NCBI RefSeq assembly: GCF_031769215.1
Contig: NW_026781965.1
Span: 2,914,001 to 2,978,000, forward strand
Length of the DNA stretch: 64,000 nucleotides
Source: Ylistrum balloti
Taxonomy: Eukaryota
Direction of reading: 5' to 3'
The notes beneath the pieces are model-generated. The model searched no databases. It was not told where the DNA came from and worked only from the letters and a program-made list of their open reading frames with translations. A program made the translations under genes and the position numbers. Of the stretch, positions 26,301 to 35,754 are shown one piece after another. Positions within the stretch are counted from its first letter, which is position 1. Each line of letters begins with the position of its first letter.

Positions 26301-29300
26301 TCATCAGATCGTAGTCTGAAGTCAGGAAAGTCCCCAGACCGCTACAGGAACAAGTCTCCTCCTAGAGAATTGCGTTCAGCAGATCAGTACATGTCCCTCT
26401 CTAGGCGTTCGCCTGGTAATCATGGTTCTTCAGGCAGGTCAGCCCCGTCTTCTGACCATTATGCTGGTGGTCCAAATCGACGGTCACCAGAGCGGAGGAT
26501 GGGCTCTCGATATTCTCAACATACATATGATAGTCGGGGCAACCTATCTCCTAATTCGTATGACCGCCAGTCTAGACGATCTCTCAGTCCTTATAATTTT
26601 AGTAGTCAGAATTCACAAGAGTTGTACATAAGTCGATCACCTGTCCGTTATCCTAATATTTCATCATCCACAATGCTTTCATCAAGGAGTCAGAACTCAC
26701 CACCTTCTCATGAAGTGTCAAGGTCTAGATCTCCAGTAAGGTATACAAGTCGGAAACGTTCCAGATCAGTTTCACCAGATCCAAGGTTTAGAAGGTCACG
26801 ATCACCAGATCCTAGACTAAGAAGGTCAAGGTCTCCAGACTCAAGGTCAAGAAGGTCATTATCTCCTGATTCAAGGTACAGAAGATCACCAGATCGTAGG
26901 TGCGAAAGATTCCAATCTTCAGGAGACATGTATAGAGGTCAACAGCCAGGCTCCTACAGTTCCCAAGAGACTGGTGGTCAGATGGGTGGAGCCGGTATGC
27001 AGGTGTCCAATCTCGGCCAAAATCAGTATGGTAACATGGTGCCACCACCTAATGCCAATCAGGTAGGAAGTCAGTTTGCTGGTAACGTGCCACAAACCAA
27101 CATAAACCAAATAGAAAATCAGTTTGGGCACTCTCAAAACACTTCTGCTTCAAATCAATACAACAACCACCCTGTTATGGCAGCAAACCAGTTTGGAAAC
27201 CTTGGACCTAACCAATTTGGTACTAATATGCCACCACTTAATGTTTCTTCTGGGAATCTACCACAGAATCCTGGACCTTATGGAAACCCACCTCCTAATT
27301 ATGGAAACCTGTCCCTCAGTTCAGGACCTAATCTGGTTGGAAAACAGTTTCCAGGCTTGGGACCTGGTCAGTTTGGAGACCAGACAAACTCTGGACCAAA
27401 TAGGTTTGGAAACCAGACAAATTCTGGACCTGGTCATTTTGGAAACCAAACTAACTATGGACCTGGTCAGTTTGGAAACCAAACAAATTTTGGACCAGGT
27501 CAGTTTGGAAACCAAACAAATTTTGGACCAGGTCAGTTTGGAAACCAGACGAACTCTGGACCAAATAGGTTTGGAAGCCAGACAGATTCTGGGTCTGGTC
27601 AATTTGGAAATCAGACAAACCCTGTTCTTGGACAGTTTGGAAATCAGACAAACCCAGTTCTTAGTCAGTCAATGCACTTTGGAATGCAGCAGTCCAGCTC
27701 AAACCAGAACAGAAATGCTGATACTTCCTTGATGCCCCCACCTAGCACATTCAGAGAGCAAAGTCCACCAAAGAGCACAAGCAACAGACTTAGTGGGCAA
27801 GGTTTGTGTAAAGTTTGCAAAAAAATGTTTTGAATTTTCATTTATAGTTGGTTTAATTTTAAATCTATGTAAAACCAGTCGGCTGTGTCTTCCATAAGAC
27901 ATATTAATGAGGTTAGATTTACATTTTCTACACAGCTGTAATTCCTTATTTAGTGAATAGATAGGCATATGGTCACCAACCTATTGGTTATCATAGTGAC
28001 AACATAATGGTCAGATATGAGATGGCATTCATTGTCAAATGAAAGTCAATATCATCTGCCATACAAATAAAGAACGGGAAAACCTTTGTTTCATTATCAA
28101 TGTCATGAGTGTGCTTATTGGTCATGATTTAAATTGTACATATTTTACTTGTATGTTTTTTTATTTTTATTTTGGTATAGGTTCATCACAAAACATGCCA
28201 CCAGTTACTGTAGGACAGACCAGTACAACCAAACCACCAGTCCTCAGAGGCATTTTGAAGAAAAGTAAGTCTAGTTTAACAGAAATGTAACCATTTGTTT
28301 CTTTGATAGAATGAGAAAAATGTATTCTTGGTAAGTAAGGCCCTATAAAGGTGTATACTGGGTAAGTAAGGCCCTATAAAGGTGTATACTGGGTAAGTTA
28401 GACCCTATAAAGGTGTATACTGGGTAAGTTAGACCCTATAAAGGTGTATACTGGGTAAGTTAGACCCTATAAAGGTGTATACTGGGTAAGTAAGGCCCTA
28501 TAAAGGTGTATACTGGGTAAGTATAAAGGTGTATACTGGGTAAGTATAAAGGTGTATACTGGGTAAGTATAAAGGTGTATACTGGGTAAGTTAGACCCTA
28601 TAAAGGTGTATACTGGGTAAGTTAGACCCTATAAAGGTGTATACTGGGTAAGTTAGACCCTATAAAGGTGTATACTGGGTAAGTTAGACCCTATAAAGGT
28701 GTATACTGGGTAAGTTAGACCCTATAAAGGTGTATACTGGGTAGACCCTATAAAGGTGTATAAGTTAGACCCTATAAAGGTGTATACTAAAGGGTAACTG
28801 GGTAAGACCCTATAAAGGTGTATACTGGGTAAGTTAGACCCTATAAAGGTGTATACTGGGTAAGTTAGACCCTATAAAGGTGTATACTGGGTAAGTTAGA
28901 CCCTATAAAGGTGTATACTGGGTAAGTTAGACCCTATAAAGAATATAGAATTTTCTCTTGGTTATTACAGTTTTTTAAACTTTGAAGTATGAAACACTGG
29001 GTTTTTTTTCAAAATATTGCTTTCAGTGTACTTTTATTTGGTAACAAGTTTGTCATCTATGAATGCGAAAAAAATTACTCTTAATTCCATTTTAGAAAAA
29101 CACTAACAATTTCATTTTCGTTGAAAATATCTCAGTAATTATGCTTTTTAAACCTTATAGAAATTTCTAAAATTAAACAGAATCATGATATCTTTTTCAG
29201 AAACTAACAATCCTTCAGTATCTGAATCTACAACAGCATCCTCTGCCTGGCAGTCCTTGACTGGGGTACCAGGAACAAAAAATGATCCTCCAACCAAACG

Positions 29301-32300
29301 GTTCACCTCAGGGGCACTGAATACACTACAGGAATCATACAAGGAACCAACAGGTAGTGTCTGGAAAAGCAGAAACCATCAGTAAACTGGGAAATAGGCT
29401 CTGTAGCTACAACAGTAATAATAGGAATCTCTTTGATACATTTTATTACATTTTTTTTTAAGAATGATTTTTGTTCAGAATTATGGGAAGTAATAAGAAG
29501 TGTTAAAGACCTAGAAAGTTTTTTATTTCCAGTTTACTGAATCCAGAATTCACAAAGTCATATTTTCAACCACAAAAATTTTATGTTGCAATTCATGTAA
29601 TGTCAAATCTTCTAGGAATATATTCACTTGTTGTAAATCACTTCTGATTTAATAACTTGTCTTTTACAAAATTATGGAGGAAGCTTATTGGTGATGAAAT
29701 ATAGTAACAGTACATGTGATTTGTTTAAACATATTGTGAATTTTATTGAAGTTGTATTTCAGTGTGTTGTGAGTCATGTATTTCATTGACTTGTAAAATA
29801 CACAAGAGTAGCATGTGTATTACCTTTGTGTTTCATTTTGCTATGAATTAACTATAAAAACATTGTAATGTATTGTAGTTTATGAATATAAGATCAATTA
29901 TTTTTACATTTTTAGGTGCCATTCCTAGTCACATAGTACAAAAGCTACAAGAATGGCTGCCAGGATTGGGTGACAATCTTATTTCTGGTCTCAAGGATAG
30001 TCTCAACAAGGTTAAAGATAACGAAGGTCAATTACAGCAAGGTCAGACAAGTCAAATTTTACATCAACCAATCCAAGGTCAGCAAGGATCAACGTCACAG
30101 GAAATGTCATGTAAGATTCATTACCGTCAGGATATGAGTTATTGATGATTATAACACAGCATATTGTAGATAATAACATTTTGCAATCAAAATATCTTAA
30201 GATATATTACAGTGTGAAACAAGATATCCATGCAAAATGACATGGTGAACACAGGATATCCTAGATAAGTCACAGGGAGAACACATGATATCCTAGATAA
30301 GTCACATGGAGAACACATGATATCCTAGATAAGTCACAGGGAGAACACATGATATCCTAGATAAGTCACAGGGAGAACCCATTATATCCTAGATAAGTCA
30401 CAGGGAGAACACATGATATCCTAGATAAGTCACAGGGAGAACACATGATATCCTAGATAAGTCACAGGGAGAACCCATTATATCCTAGATAAGTCACAGG
30501 GAGAACACATGATATCCTAGATAAGTCACAGGGAGAACACATGATATCCTAGATAAGTCACAGGGAGAACACATGATATCCTAGATAAGTCACAGGGAGA
30601 ACACATGATATCTTAGATAAGTCACAGGGAGAACCCATGATATCCTAGGTAAGTCACAGGGAGAACCCATGATATCCTAGGTAAGTCACAGGGAGAACCC
30701 ATTATATCCTAGATAAGTCACAGGGAGAACACATGATATCCTAGATAAGTCACAGGGAGAACACATGATATCCTAGATAAGTCACAGGGAGAACCCATTA
30801 TATCCTAGATAAGTCACAGGGAGAACACATGATATCCTAGATAAGTCACAGGGAGAACACATGATATCCTAGATAAGTCACAGGGAGAACACATGATATC
30901 CTAGATAAGTCACAGGGAGAACACATGATATCTTAGATAAGTCACAGGGAGAACCCATGATATCCTAGGTAAGTCACAGGGAGAACCCATGATATCCTAG
31001 GTAAGTCACAGGGAGAACCCATGATATCCTAGGTAAGTCACAGGGAGAACCCATGATATCCTAGGTAAGTCACAGGGAGAACATGTGATATCTTTGATAA
31101 ATCCCAGGGTGGACAAAGGATATCTCGGGTAAATTACAGTATTGTGAATGTAGAATATTTGGGATGAATCACTGTGTGAAGGCATAATATCTAAAATAAA
31201 AAAAGGGTAAACTCTGTATATCTTGGTTCAATCATAGTGTAATGAATTAAGATATATATTGTGATTATTGCATTATTTGCTATTACTTCACAACTTGTCT
31301 GATTCTGTTGTTAAAATTATTTCTAACTGAACACATTTTCTGTTTCTTACAACCCAAATCTCAATTTCTGCGTATCCTGAGATATTTATTCACTGGTAGT
31401 CTCGTGACTCAATGTTAAGACTCCTGGACATTCTGGTTATTCTTTGAATAACAGATATCTTTCTTGATGTGATTGCAGTTGGTCGGAATAGTTATGTAGC
31501 AGAGCCAAAAAGTGACATCATTTCTGCCAGGGAACAAGGAAAGAAAACACAGACAGGAATGGAAGACACTTATGAGTCATTTCTCAATGGTAAAGCTTGT
31601 AAAGTTTAAATTTTGTCTTTTAATTAACTTTGGTTGTGTGTTAGGTATGAAGATCAAGATAAAGTATATAGAATTTTATCCTAAATTCAATGAGGCATTT
31701 CTCTATATAAGAAATTATTTCCATCAAGAAAATTTTCATCTGCTAAATTGGTGTAGAGGATAAGGCAAGACAAATCCTTGGTATGGACTCATCAACTGTG
31801 ATCCAACCTTTTGCTGCTTTTGCAGTGATTGGCTATGTGAAAAAGACAGAGGAAATTGAACAGACCCCCGGCCCACAGTACACATACAACACCAGAAGTG
31901 CCAGTGCAGAGTCCAGTATTCCTGGCCTTGACATTCCAGAGAATAGAGGTCAGTACCACAGTTATTGAAAGGCATCAGAGCCTTTAAACCACAAAATGAA
32001 TCAAAGATATGTTATGACAATCCATAATATAGTTGTGGTCAGCTAACTTATATGTTTTTTTGTTTTGTTTTTTTTTCATTTGTTAGCTTTCTGTCCATGA
32101 CGATATTTTACTAAAATGTTTTCTTCGGCATTTTTAAGCTAGCAGATTCAACTCTCAAAAGTGCAGTTTGAGATACAAGTATTATCTTATCTTATATATA
32201 GTTTATCTATAGCTCAGGGTAAGGGGGAACAGGTCTTCTGAACTTGTACAAAGCCTCAGTGATATGGTCTGAATATGTCAGAGGTACACATTGCTTTGAC

Positions 32301-33973
32301 TTGTTACTTTATAGGTAATAATGATGATGATCGGTTTAAGAAGCCTACTGTGAGCTCCCAGCCCATTCTGTTCAACTCCTTAGACCGACCCTCAGGACCC
32401 ATGACCAGACAATTAGATTCCTTGGCTGGACCAGGAGCCCACACATCAAGTATGTAACACACATTGTTAAGAGTGTTTTTATTTAGAATCTTACTTTTTC
32501 ACATAATCTGCCTGTTATCAAGCTCATGAAATATTTTATGCCCACCATCATCAGAAATTGATTGTGATGTCATAATATGGAAAACATCAGTATGTTGTGA
32601 AAATGGTGCAACAAAATAGCTGCCACTGTCCTTCAGATTTTTCCTTTGAAATATGTCAAAAGGTAACTTTTCTGAGTTCTGTCATAGAATGTATCTTTCA
32701 ATATTTTACTGCCATCACAGTTGCTATTCACACTCACAAAGGGGATCAGTTTCAATATTTTACCTCAACTGTGCTTAGAATTATCCCCCCTTCACTACTT
32801 ATTCAAACCTCAACTGTGCTTAGAATTATCCCCCCTTCACTACTTATTCAAACCTCAACTTTGCTTAGAATTATCCCCCTACACTACTTATACAAATCTC
32901 ACCTTTGCTTAGAATTATCCTCCACAGACAACATAAACAAATCTCAATTGTGCTTAGAATTGTCCTTCCTACACTACTGAATACAAATCTCAATTGTGCT
33001 TAGAATTGTCCTTCCTACACTACTGAATACAAATCTCAACTGTGCTTAGAATTGTCCTTACTACACTACATGTACTTAAACAAATCTCACCTTTGCTTAG
33101 AATTATCCCCCGTAATTATTTATACTGATATTCCAAGTTACTTAACATTATATAAATACAATTTCGTGTATAATGTTCATTCTTTATATTCTTCACATGA
33201 AGCATATTCATTTTGTGTACTTTGACATACATCAGCAGTTTGCCTTTTCAAATATTTTTTTTCATCATGGGCATTTTCAGTCCTGGCTTAATGGATAAAC
33301 TCCAGAGTTGTATGATCGGGACATATTTTTTTCTTTTCTGTTTATCAATATTTACAAAAGAGATGATATATGTAGTTTTATTTCACACTTAAGCATTGCT
33401 TGTAGTTTGACAATAGTTTTTAAGTAATTCTTAATTCACTTGTAACAGGTTCCCAAGCTAACAAGCCTGGCTCTTCTATGGCACCCCTTTCATACTTCGA
33501 CGCTCCCATCAGTTACAATCGTCGTAAGTAATTACTCTGTTGTCTAATACCTGAATTATAGTGTCACGAATCCACACTTTCCAGAATCCAGGAATGATAA
33601 TACAGCATATTCCTAAGTGCTATTCCATATATTACTTTGAGAATCAAAAAAAAAAAAAAATGAAAGTCATATAATTTTGAAATCCTATTAACACATTAAG
33701 ATGTAATGCTCAGATTAAGATAATATGTGATCTCATCTTAATTGGTGTGTAATTAGGTAAGGTATCTTAACTAAGATATCTTGTGTGGTACATCAGCATG
33801 CTGTTTCATCATGTATTGCGATTCACTGAAATAACAACACACTGTACACAATAAATGTACAAAGTACTAAATCAATGTAATGTCTATTTCTTTCCTTTGA
33901 TAATTTTACTTTCTTTATTTCAGCAGGTGTTTTCCCCTCAGCTGCTCGACTCAACCAGATTCTGCGGAAATAG
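1485..33973 (+). CDS. Large multi-exon gene (5' end not resolved) encoding >=~2,000 aa of mostly low-complexity, probably nuclear RS/SP-rich protein; 19 coding exons in window
   Basis: Exons chained by hand. Every junction is GT-AG with matching phase. Summed length is 5,999 nt (2 nt completing an upstream codon + 1,999 codons incl. TAG at 33971-33973), with no internal stop found at the junctions. No family-defining domain recognised. Confidence 0.85.
2015..2335 (+). repeat. Coding 36-bp (12-aa) tandem repeat TSSAAVKSAAQ(S/L), about 8-9 copies
   Basis: Visible in the translation of ORF 1532-2383. Confidence 0.95.
3097..3140 (+). CDS. Gene 1 exon b (DKTGRQSETADGLIK)
   Basis: gatatttcag|AC...AAG|gtagga; phase 1 to 0. 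Confidence 0.8.
3611..3651 (+). CDS. Gene 1 exon c (TLSLKLEEIMANK)
   Basis: ttattttcag|ACG...AAAAG|gttatg; phase 0 to 2. Confidence 0.75.
4484..4599 (+). CDS. Gene 1 exon d (SAPKEDGNKK...AWSDHQDGW)
   Basis: aaatttag|TGCA...TGGG|gtaagt; phase 2 to 1; needed to reconcile flanking phases; missed by ORF track. Confidence 0.85.
4846..5034 (+). CDS. Gene 1 exon e (GEDINSDEDFD...KYRRHLTKQEWAKLKKAAENAIAESNEDI)
   Basis: ttttgtacag|GA...ATTG|gtcagt; within ORF 4812-5096; phase 1 to 1. Confidence 0.85.
5351..5403 (+). CDS. Gene 1 exon f (DIEQAIIREAKKVDLGNK)
   Basis: ttaatttcag|AC...AAG|gtaaga; phase 1 to 0. Confidence 0.85.
6300..7650 (+). mobile_element. Possible very old LINE (CR1/L2-like) RT remnant
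   Basis: Only short motif echoes: FLPDDMNIFNK (~6378, like FADD-type RT motif) and KYLEYMM (~7586, like KYLGV); otherwise broken. Confidence 0.3.
7715..9242. repeat. Minisatellite, 56-58-bp unit, about 26 copies
   Basis: Unit gagcatgcctggtccatgtttgtatcaggagagaaaagacacaatgtaaccatg(a/t)g. Confidence 0.97.
9380..10110. repeat. Minisatellite, 43-bp unit
   Basis: Unit cacagaaaccagggaggaactgaattctcatcagtgattgtaa; period measured 9481 to 9524. Confidence 0.95.
10880..13232. repeat. Minisatellite, 34-bp unit, two related subfamilies
   Basis: acacatggaaggtgatggtgtccacctatttata (to ~11850) and acacctggaaggtggcagtgtccagctatatata (from ~12300). Confidence 0.97.
14539..14579 (+). CDS. Gene 1 exon g, 41-nt small exon (NQDEKTTGSTTGK)
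   Basis: gattttactttcag|AAT...AAGAG|gtaatg; phase 0 to 2, exactly the phase change needed between 5403 and 21774. Confidence 0.7.
14600..14900 (-). mobile_element. Degenerate LINE RT fragment (L2/CR1-like)
   Basis: Minus-strand translation gives NGVV*GSIF (like GVPQGSIL) followed by HADDT (like YADDT). Confidence 0.4.
15400..17400 (+). mobile_element. Degenerate CR1-type LINE fragments interrupted by a 32-bp minisatellite
   Basis: CINDL (~16770), QDDPAQLSTWSEEILLNFIASCINLCTLVGK (from 16821; resembles CR1 LQxDLxxLxxWSxxWxLxFNxxKC), GLSTLSYRRIR (~17205; resembles LPTLEYRRLR), SGVP (~15575). Confidence 0.55.
16125..16452. repeat. Minisatellite, 32-bp unit with alternating A/B variants
   Basis: taccagtgatgaccaaataaggaatgggctat / ...aaagaatggtctat, about 10 units. 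Confidence 0.95.
17570..19830. repeat. Minisatellite, 32-33-bp unit
   Basis: acaacagatgtcaggattgacaggaaagtcct; period 17881 to 17913. Confidence 0.97.
19830..20520. repeat. Minisatellite, 40-bp unit related to the preceding 32-bp unit
   Basis: aacagcagatatcagaatatcctgaatgacaggacagtcc. Confidence 0.95.
21774..21919 (+). CDS. Gene 1 exon h (SGFVQSGE...ARFKAEKRKALERKAAKEAKKACLEIAK)
   Basis: tttgtcttcctag|TG...AAGG|gtaagt; phase 2 to 1; basic helical, NLS-like. Confidence 0.85.
22351..23073 (+). CDS. Gene 1 exon i (Ala/Gln helical then Pro/Gln/Arg-rich)
   Basis: ttcttttcag|TG...CAAG|gtcagt; ORF 22338-23108; phase 1 to 1. Confidence 0.9.
23289..23500. repeat. Minisatellite, 25-bp unit
   Basis: aatttggcagatgtataagggcctt, about 8 copies. 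Confidence 0.95.
23518..24098 (+). mobile_element. Non-autonomous Helentron-type element (HINE/DINE-like)
   Basis: Sub-terminal inverted repeats aattggccgggttgc (23518-23532) / gcaacctggccaatt (24070-24084, 1 mismatch); (ggca/ggcg)n microsatellite at ~23585-23612; 3' hairpin tgtggctttgcccca then T-run. Confidence 0.7.
24446..24556 (+). CDS. Gene 1 exon j (VPTPAPCFPGRPGFPNFPVMRPQGVRVAPPLFPSTPQ)
   Basis: gtgcttcag|TG...CAAG|gtttgt; 111 nt, phase 1 to 1; missed by ORF track. Confidence 0.85.
25144..27801 (+). CDS. Gene 1 exon k, 2,658 nt (Lys/Glu-rich, RS/SP repeats, FG/NQ repeats)
   Basis: ctgatttcag|CT...CAAG|gtttgt; 916-aa ORF 25083-27833; phase 1 to 1. Confidence 0.93.
26755..26900 (+). 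repeat. Coding 30-bp (10-aa) repeat RRS(R/L)SPD(P/S)Rx, about 4 copies
   Basis: Translation of exon k. Confidence 0.9.
27360..27656 (+). repeat. Coding 33-bp (11-aa) repeat GPGQFGNQTN(S/F/Y), 9 copies
   Basis: Translation of exon k; DNA unit ggacctggtcagtttggaaaccaaacaaatttt. Confidence 0.95.
28181..28264 (+). CDS. Gene 1 exon l (GSSQNMPP...PVLRGILKK)
   Basis: tttggtatag|GT...AAAA|gtaagt; phase 1 to 1. Confidence 0.85.
28325..28940. repeat. Minisatellite, 31-bp unit containing G|GTAAGT
   Basis: ctgggtaagttagaccctataaaggtgtata. Confidence 0.97.
29201..29353 (+). CDS. Gene 1 exon m (KTNNPSVSES...LQESYKEPT)
   Basis: tctttttcag|AA...ACAG|gtagtg; phase 1 to 1. Confidence 0.8.
29916..30110 (+). 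CDS. Gene 1 exon n (GAIPSHIVQKLQEWLPGLGDNLISGLKDSL...QEMS)
   Basis: catttttag|GT...TCAT|gtaaga; phase 1 to 1. Confidence 0.85.
30255..31082. repeat. Minisatellite, 32-bp unit with 320-bp higher-order duplication
   Basis: gatatcctagataagtcacagggagaacacat; diagnostic tctt variant at 30601 and 30921. Confidence 0.97.
31479..31589 (+). CDS. Gene 1 exon o (FGRNSYVAEPK...EDTYESFLN)
   Basis: gattgcag|TT...AATG|gtaaag; 111 nt; skipping it would create T|AG stop at the 30110/31757 junction; missed by ORF track. Confidence 0.8.
31757..31948 (+). CDS. Gene 1 exon p (EEDKARQILGMDSS...IPGLDIPENR)
   Basis: ttggtgtag|AG...AGAG|gtcagt; 192 nt; acceptor pyrimidine tract is weak. Confidence 0.72.
32315..32449 (+). 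CDS. Gene 1 exon q (GNNDDDRFKKP...GPGAHTS)
   Basis: ttactttatag|GT...TCAA|gtatgt; 135 nt. Confidence 0.85.
32750..33110. repeat. Minisatellite, about 45-bp unit
   Basis: aaacctcaactgtgcttagaattatccccccttcactacttattc. Confidence 0.92.
33449..33523 (+). CDS. Gene 1 exon r (SSQANKPGSSMAPLSYFDAPISYNR)
   Basis: cttgtaacag|GT...CGTC|gtaagt; 75 nt. Confidence 0.8.
33924..33973 (+). CDS. Gene 1 terminal coding exon (PGVFPSAARLNQILRK*)
   Basis: Long pyrimidine tract ttctttatttcag|CAG|GT; in-frame TAG at 33971-33973. Confidence 0.8.
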
Positions 33974-34059
33974 TGTGTTGTCACTGTTCATCTTACTGTG
34001 TGATTTGATTGTCTGACCATACTACAAAACGGGTCAAAAACAAAATAGCATGAATGAAT

Positions 34060-34810
34060 GAAAATGCTGTAGATTGATTCTTGATATATATATATATTAA
34101 ATCTTCTCAGTCTCTAAGGAACAGATTTCTGCTGTAATATACCAATTTAATATGCTGTAGATTGATTCTTGATATATATATATATATATTAAATCTTCTC
34201 AGTCACTAAGGAACAGATTTCTGCTGTAATATACCAATTTAATATGCTGTAGTGTGTTGTCACTGATTTTGCTGTAATATACCAATTTAATATGCTGTGT
34301 GATTTGATTAAGGAACAGATTTCTGCTGTAATATACCAATTTAATATGCTGTAGATTGATTCTTGATATATATATATATATATATATACAGTACAAAACA
34401 GATTTCTGCAGTAATATACCAATTTAATATGCTGTAGATTGATTCTTGATATATATATATATTAAATCTTCTCAATATTTCTGCTGTAATATACCATTTA
34501 AATAGCTTGATATATATATATATTAAATCAGAAGGAACAGATTTCTGCTGTAATATACCAATTTAATATGCTGTAGATTGATTCTTGATATATATATATA
34601 TATATATATATAAAATCTGTAATATACCAATTTAATATGCTGTAGATTGATTCTTGATATACATATATATATATTAAATCTTCTCAGTCACTAAGGAACA
34701 GATTTCTGCTGTAATATACCAATTTAATATGGTATGTGATATATATATATATAAAATCTTCTCAGTCTCTAAGGAACAGATTTCTGCTGTAATATACCAA
34801 TTTAACATGG
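34060..34810. repeat. Compound repeat, about 85-bp unit with embedded variable (TA)n, just downstream of gene 1 stop
   Basis: aaatcttctcagtcactaaggaacagatttctgctgtaatataccaatttaatatgctgtagattgattcttga(ta)n. Confidence 0.92.
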
Positions 34811-35754
34811 TATGTGTAGCATATCATACGTTACAAATGTCAGATGAAATAATCATGATATATAAAATGTTAAGTATTCAATTATAAAACTATTTAATTA
34901 ATGCGACTGAATTTTACAACTTAAATTAATTATTACAGTAGTTTCAATATACAACAAAATATGATAATATCAAATAACACTACAGGAATCAAATGTGTGT
35001 GTAACATTTGATTTTAGATGGCTTTTTAAAAAAAAAAAAAAAAAAAAAATAGGTTTTAATGAATTTTTTCTCTTTTATGCTTCAATTTTCCATCATGTTA
35101 ACTCTTTCAAAATTTTCCAGAGAATACCTTCTGTAATGAAGGCAGTTGTAATCTGATACAGTATGTTGATTGATACATTTTCATTCGGTAGTCTTGATCT
35201 TGAGTAAGAAGCCCAGATTTTTCTTTCAAATAAATTTGTTTATTTTCATATTTTATTGTATTCAACTGTTGCAATATTGATACATAATGTGGTTGGATTT
35301 ATATGAGTAAGGTATGTGAATGTCAGAATTTAATGAGTGAGTATAACTGTTATCCTTTAGTTGAGTGTGAGGAAGGACAAGACTGCTTTGGTTTATCTGG
35401 TTTAGCAAAATTAAAACGTTGAGACCAGATAAATGAAAGTGGTCCTGTTGAACTTTGTTTGAATAAGGAAGCTTGACTGTTGAGAATGAATACAGTAAGA
35501 CCATTCATGGTATATAAATGAAATGTATGTTAGGTTGTTATCAAATTCCATTGTCGAATTACCACACTGTGAATAAAGTGTTGTAAAATGATTTATACAT
35601 GTGTTGTTAGCTTACTGGTAAGGAAATGGTAGTTTTTATCATGGACTTCAAAAAGAAATATATAACCTAACTCTATGCTTTTATGAAAATGTAGAAGACA
35701 GTCTGATGAGGCTCGCTTTAGTAGGAAATGTGTTTGAACATGTGAGACACACAA

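Noticed and set aside
2008-27968. Antisense and alternate-frame ORFs overlapping gene 1 exons (e.g. 2008-2403, 27124-27732, 27321-27602)
   Set aside because: Shadows of coding repeats; no independent start or splice evidence.
35703-35728. CTGATGA...GAAA hammerhead core spacing
   Set aside because: No proper stem II closing pair or stems I/III; a similar failure at 48578 (ctgatgaacatcgttgaaa).
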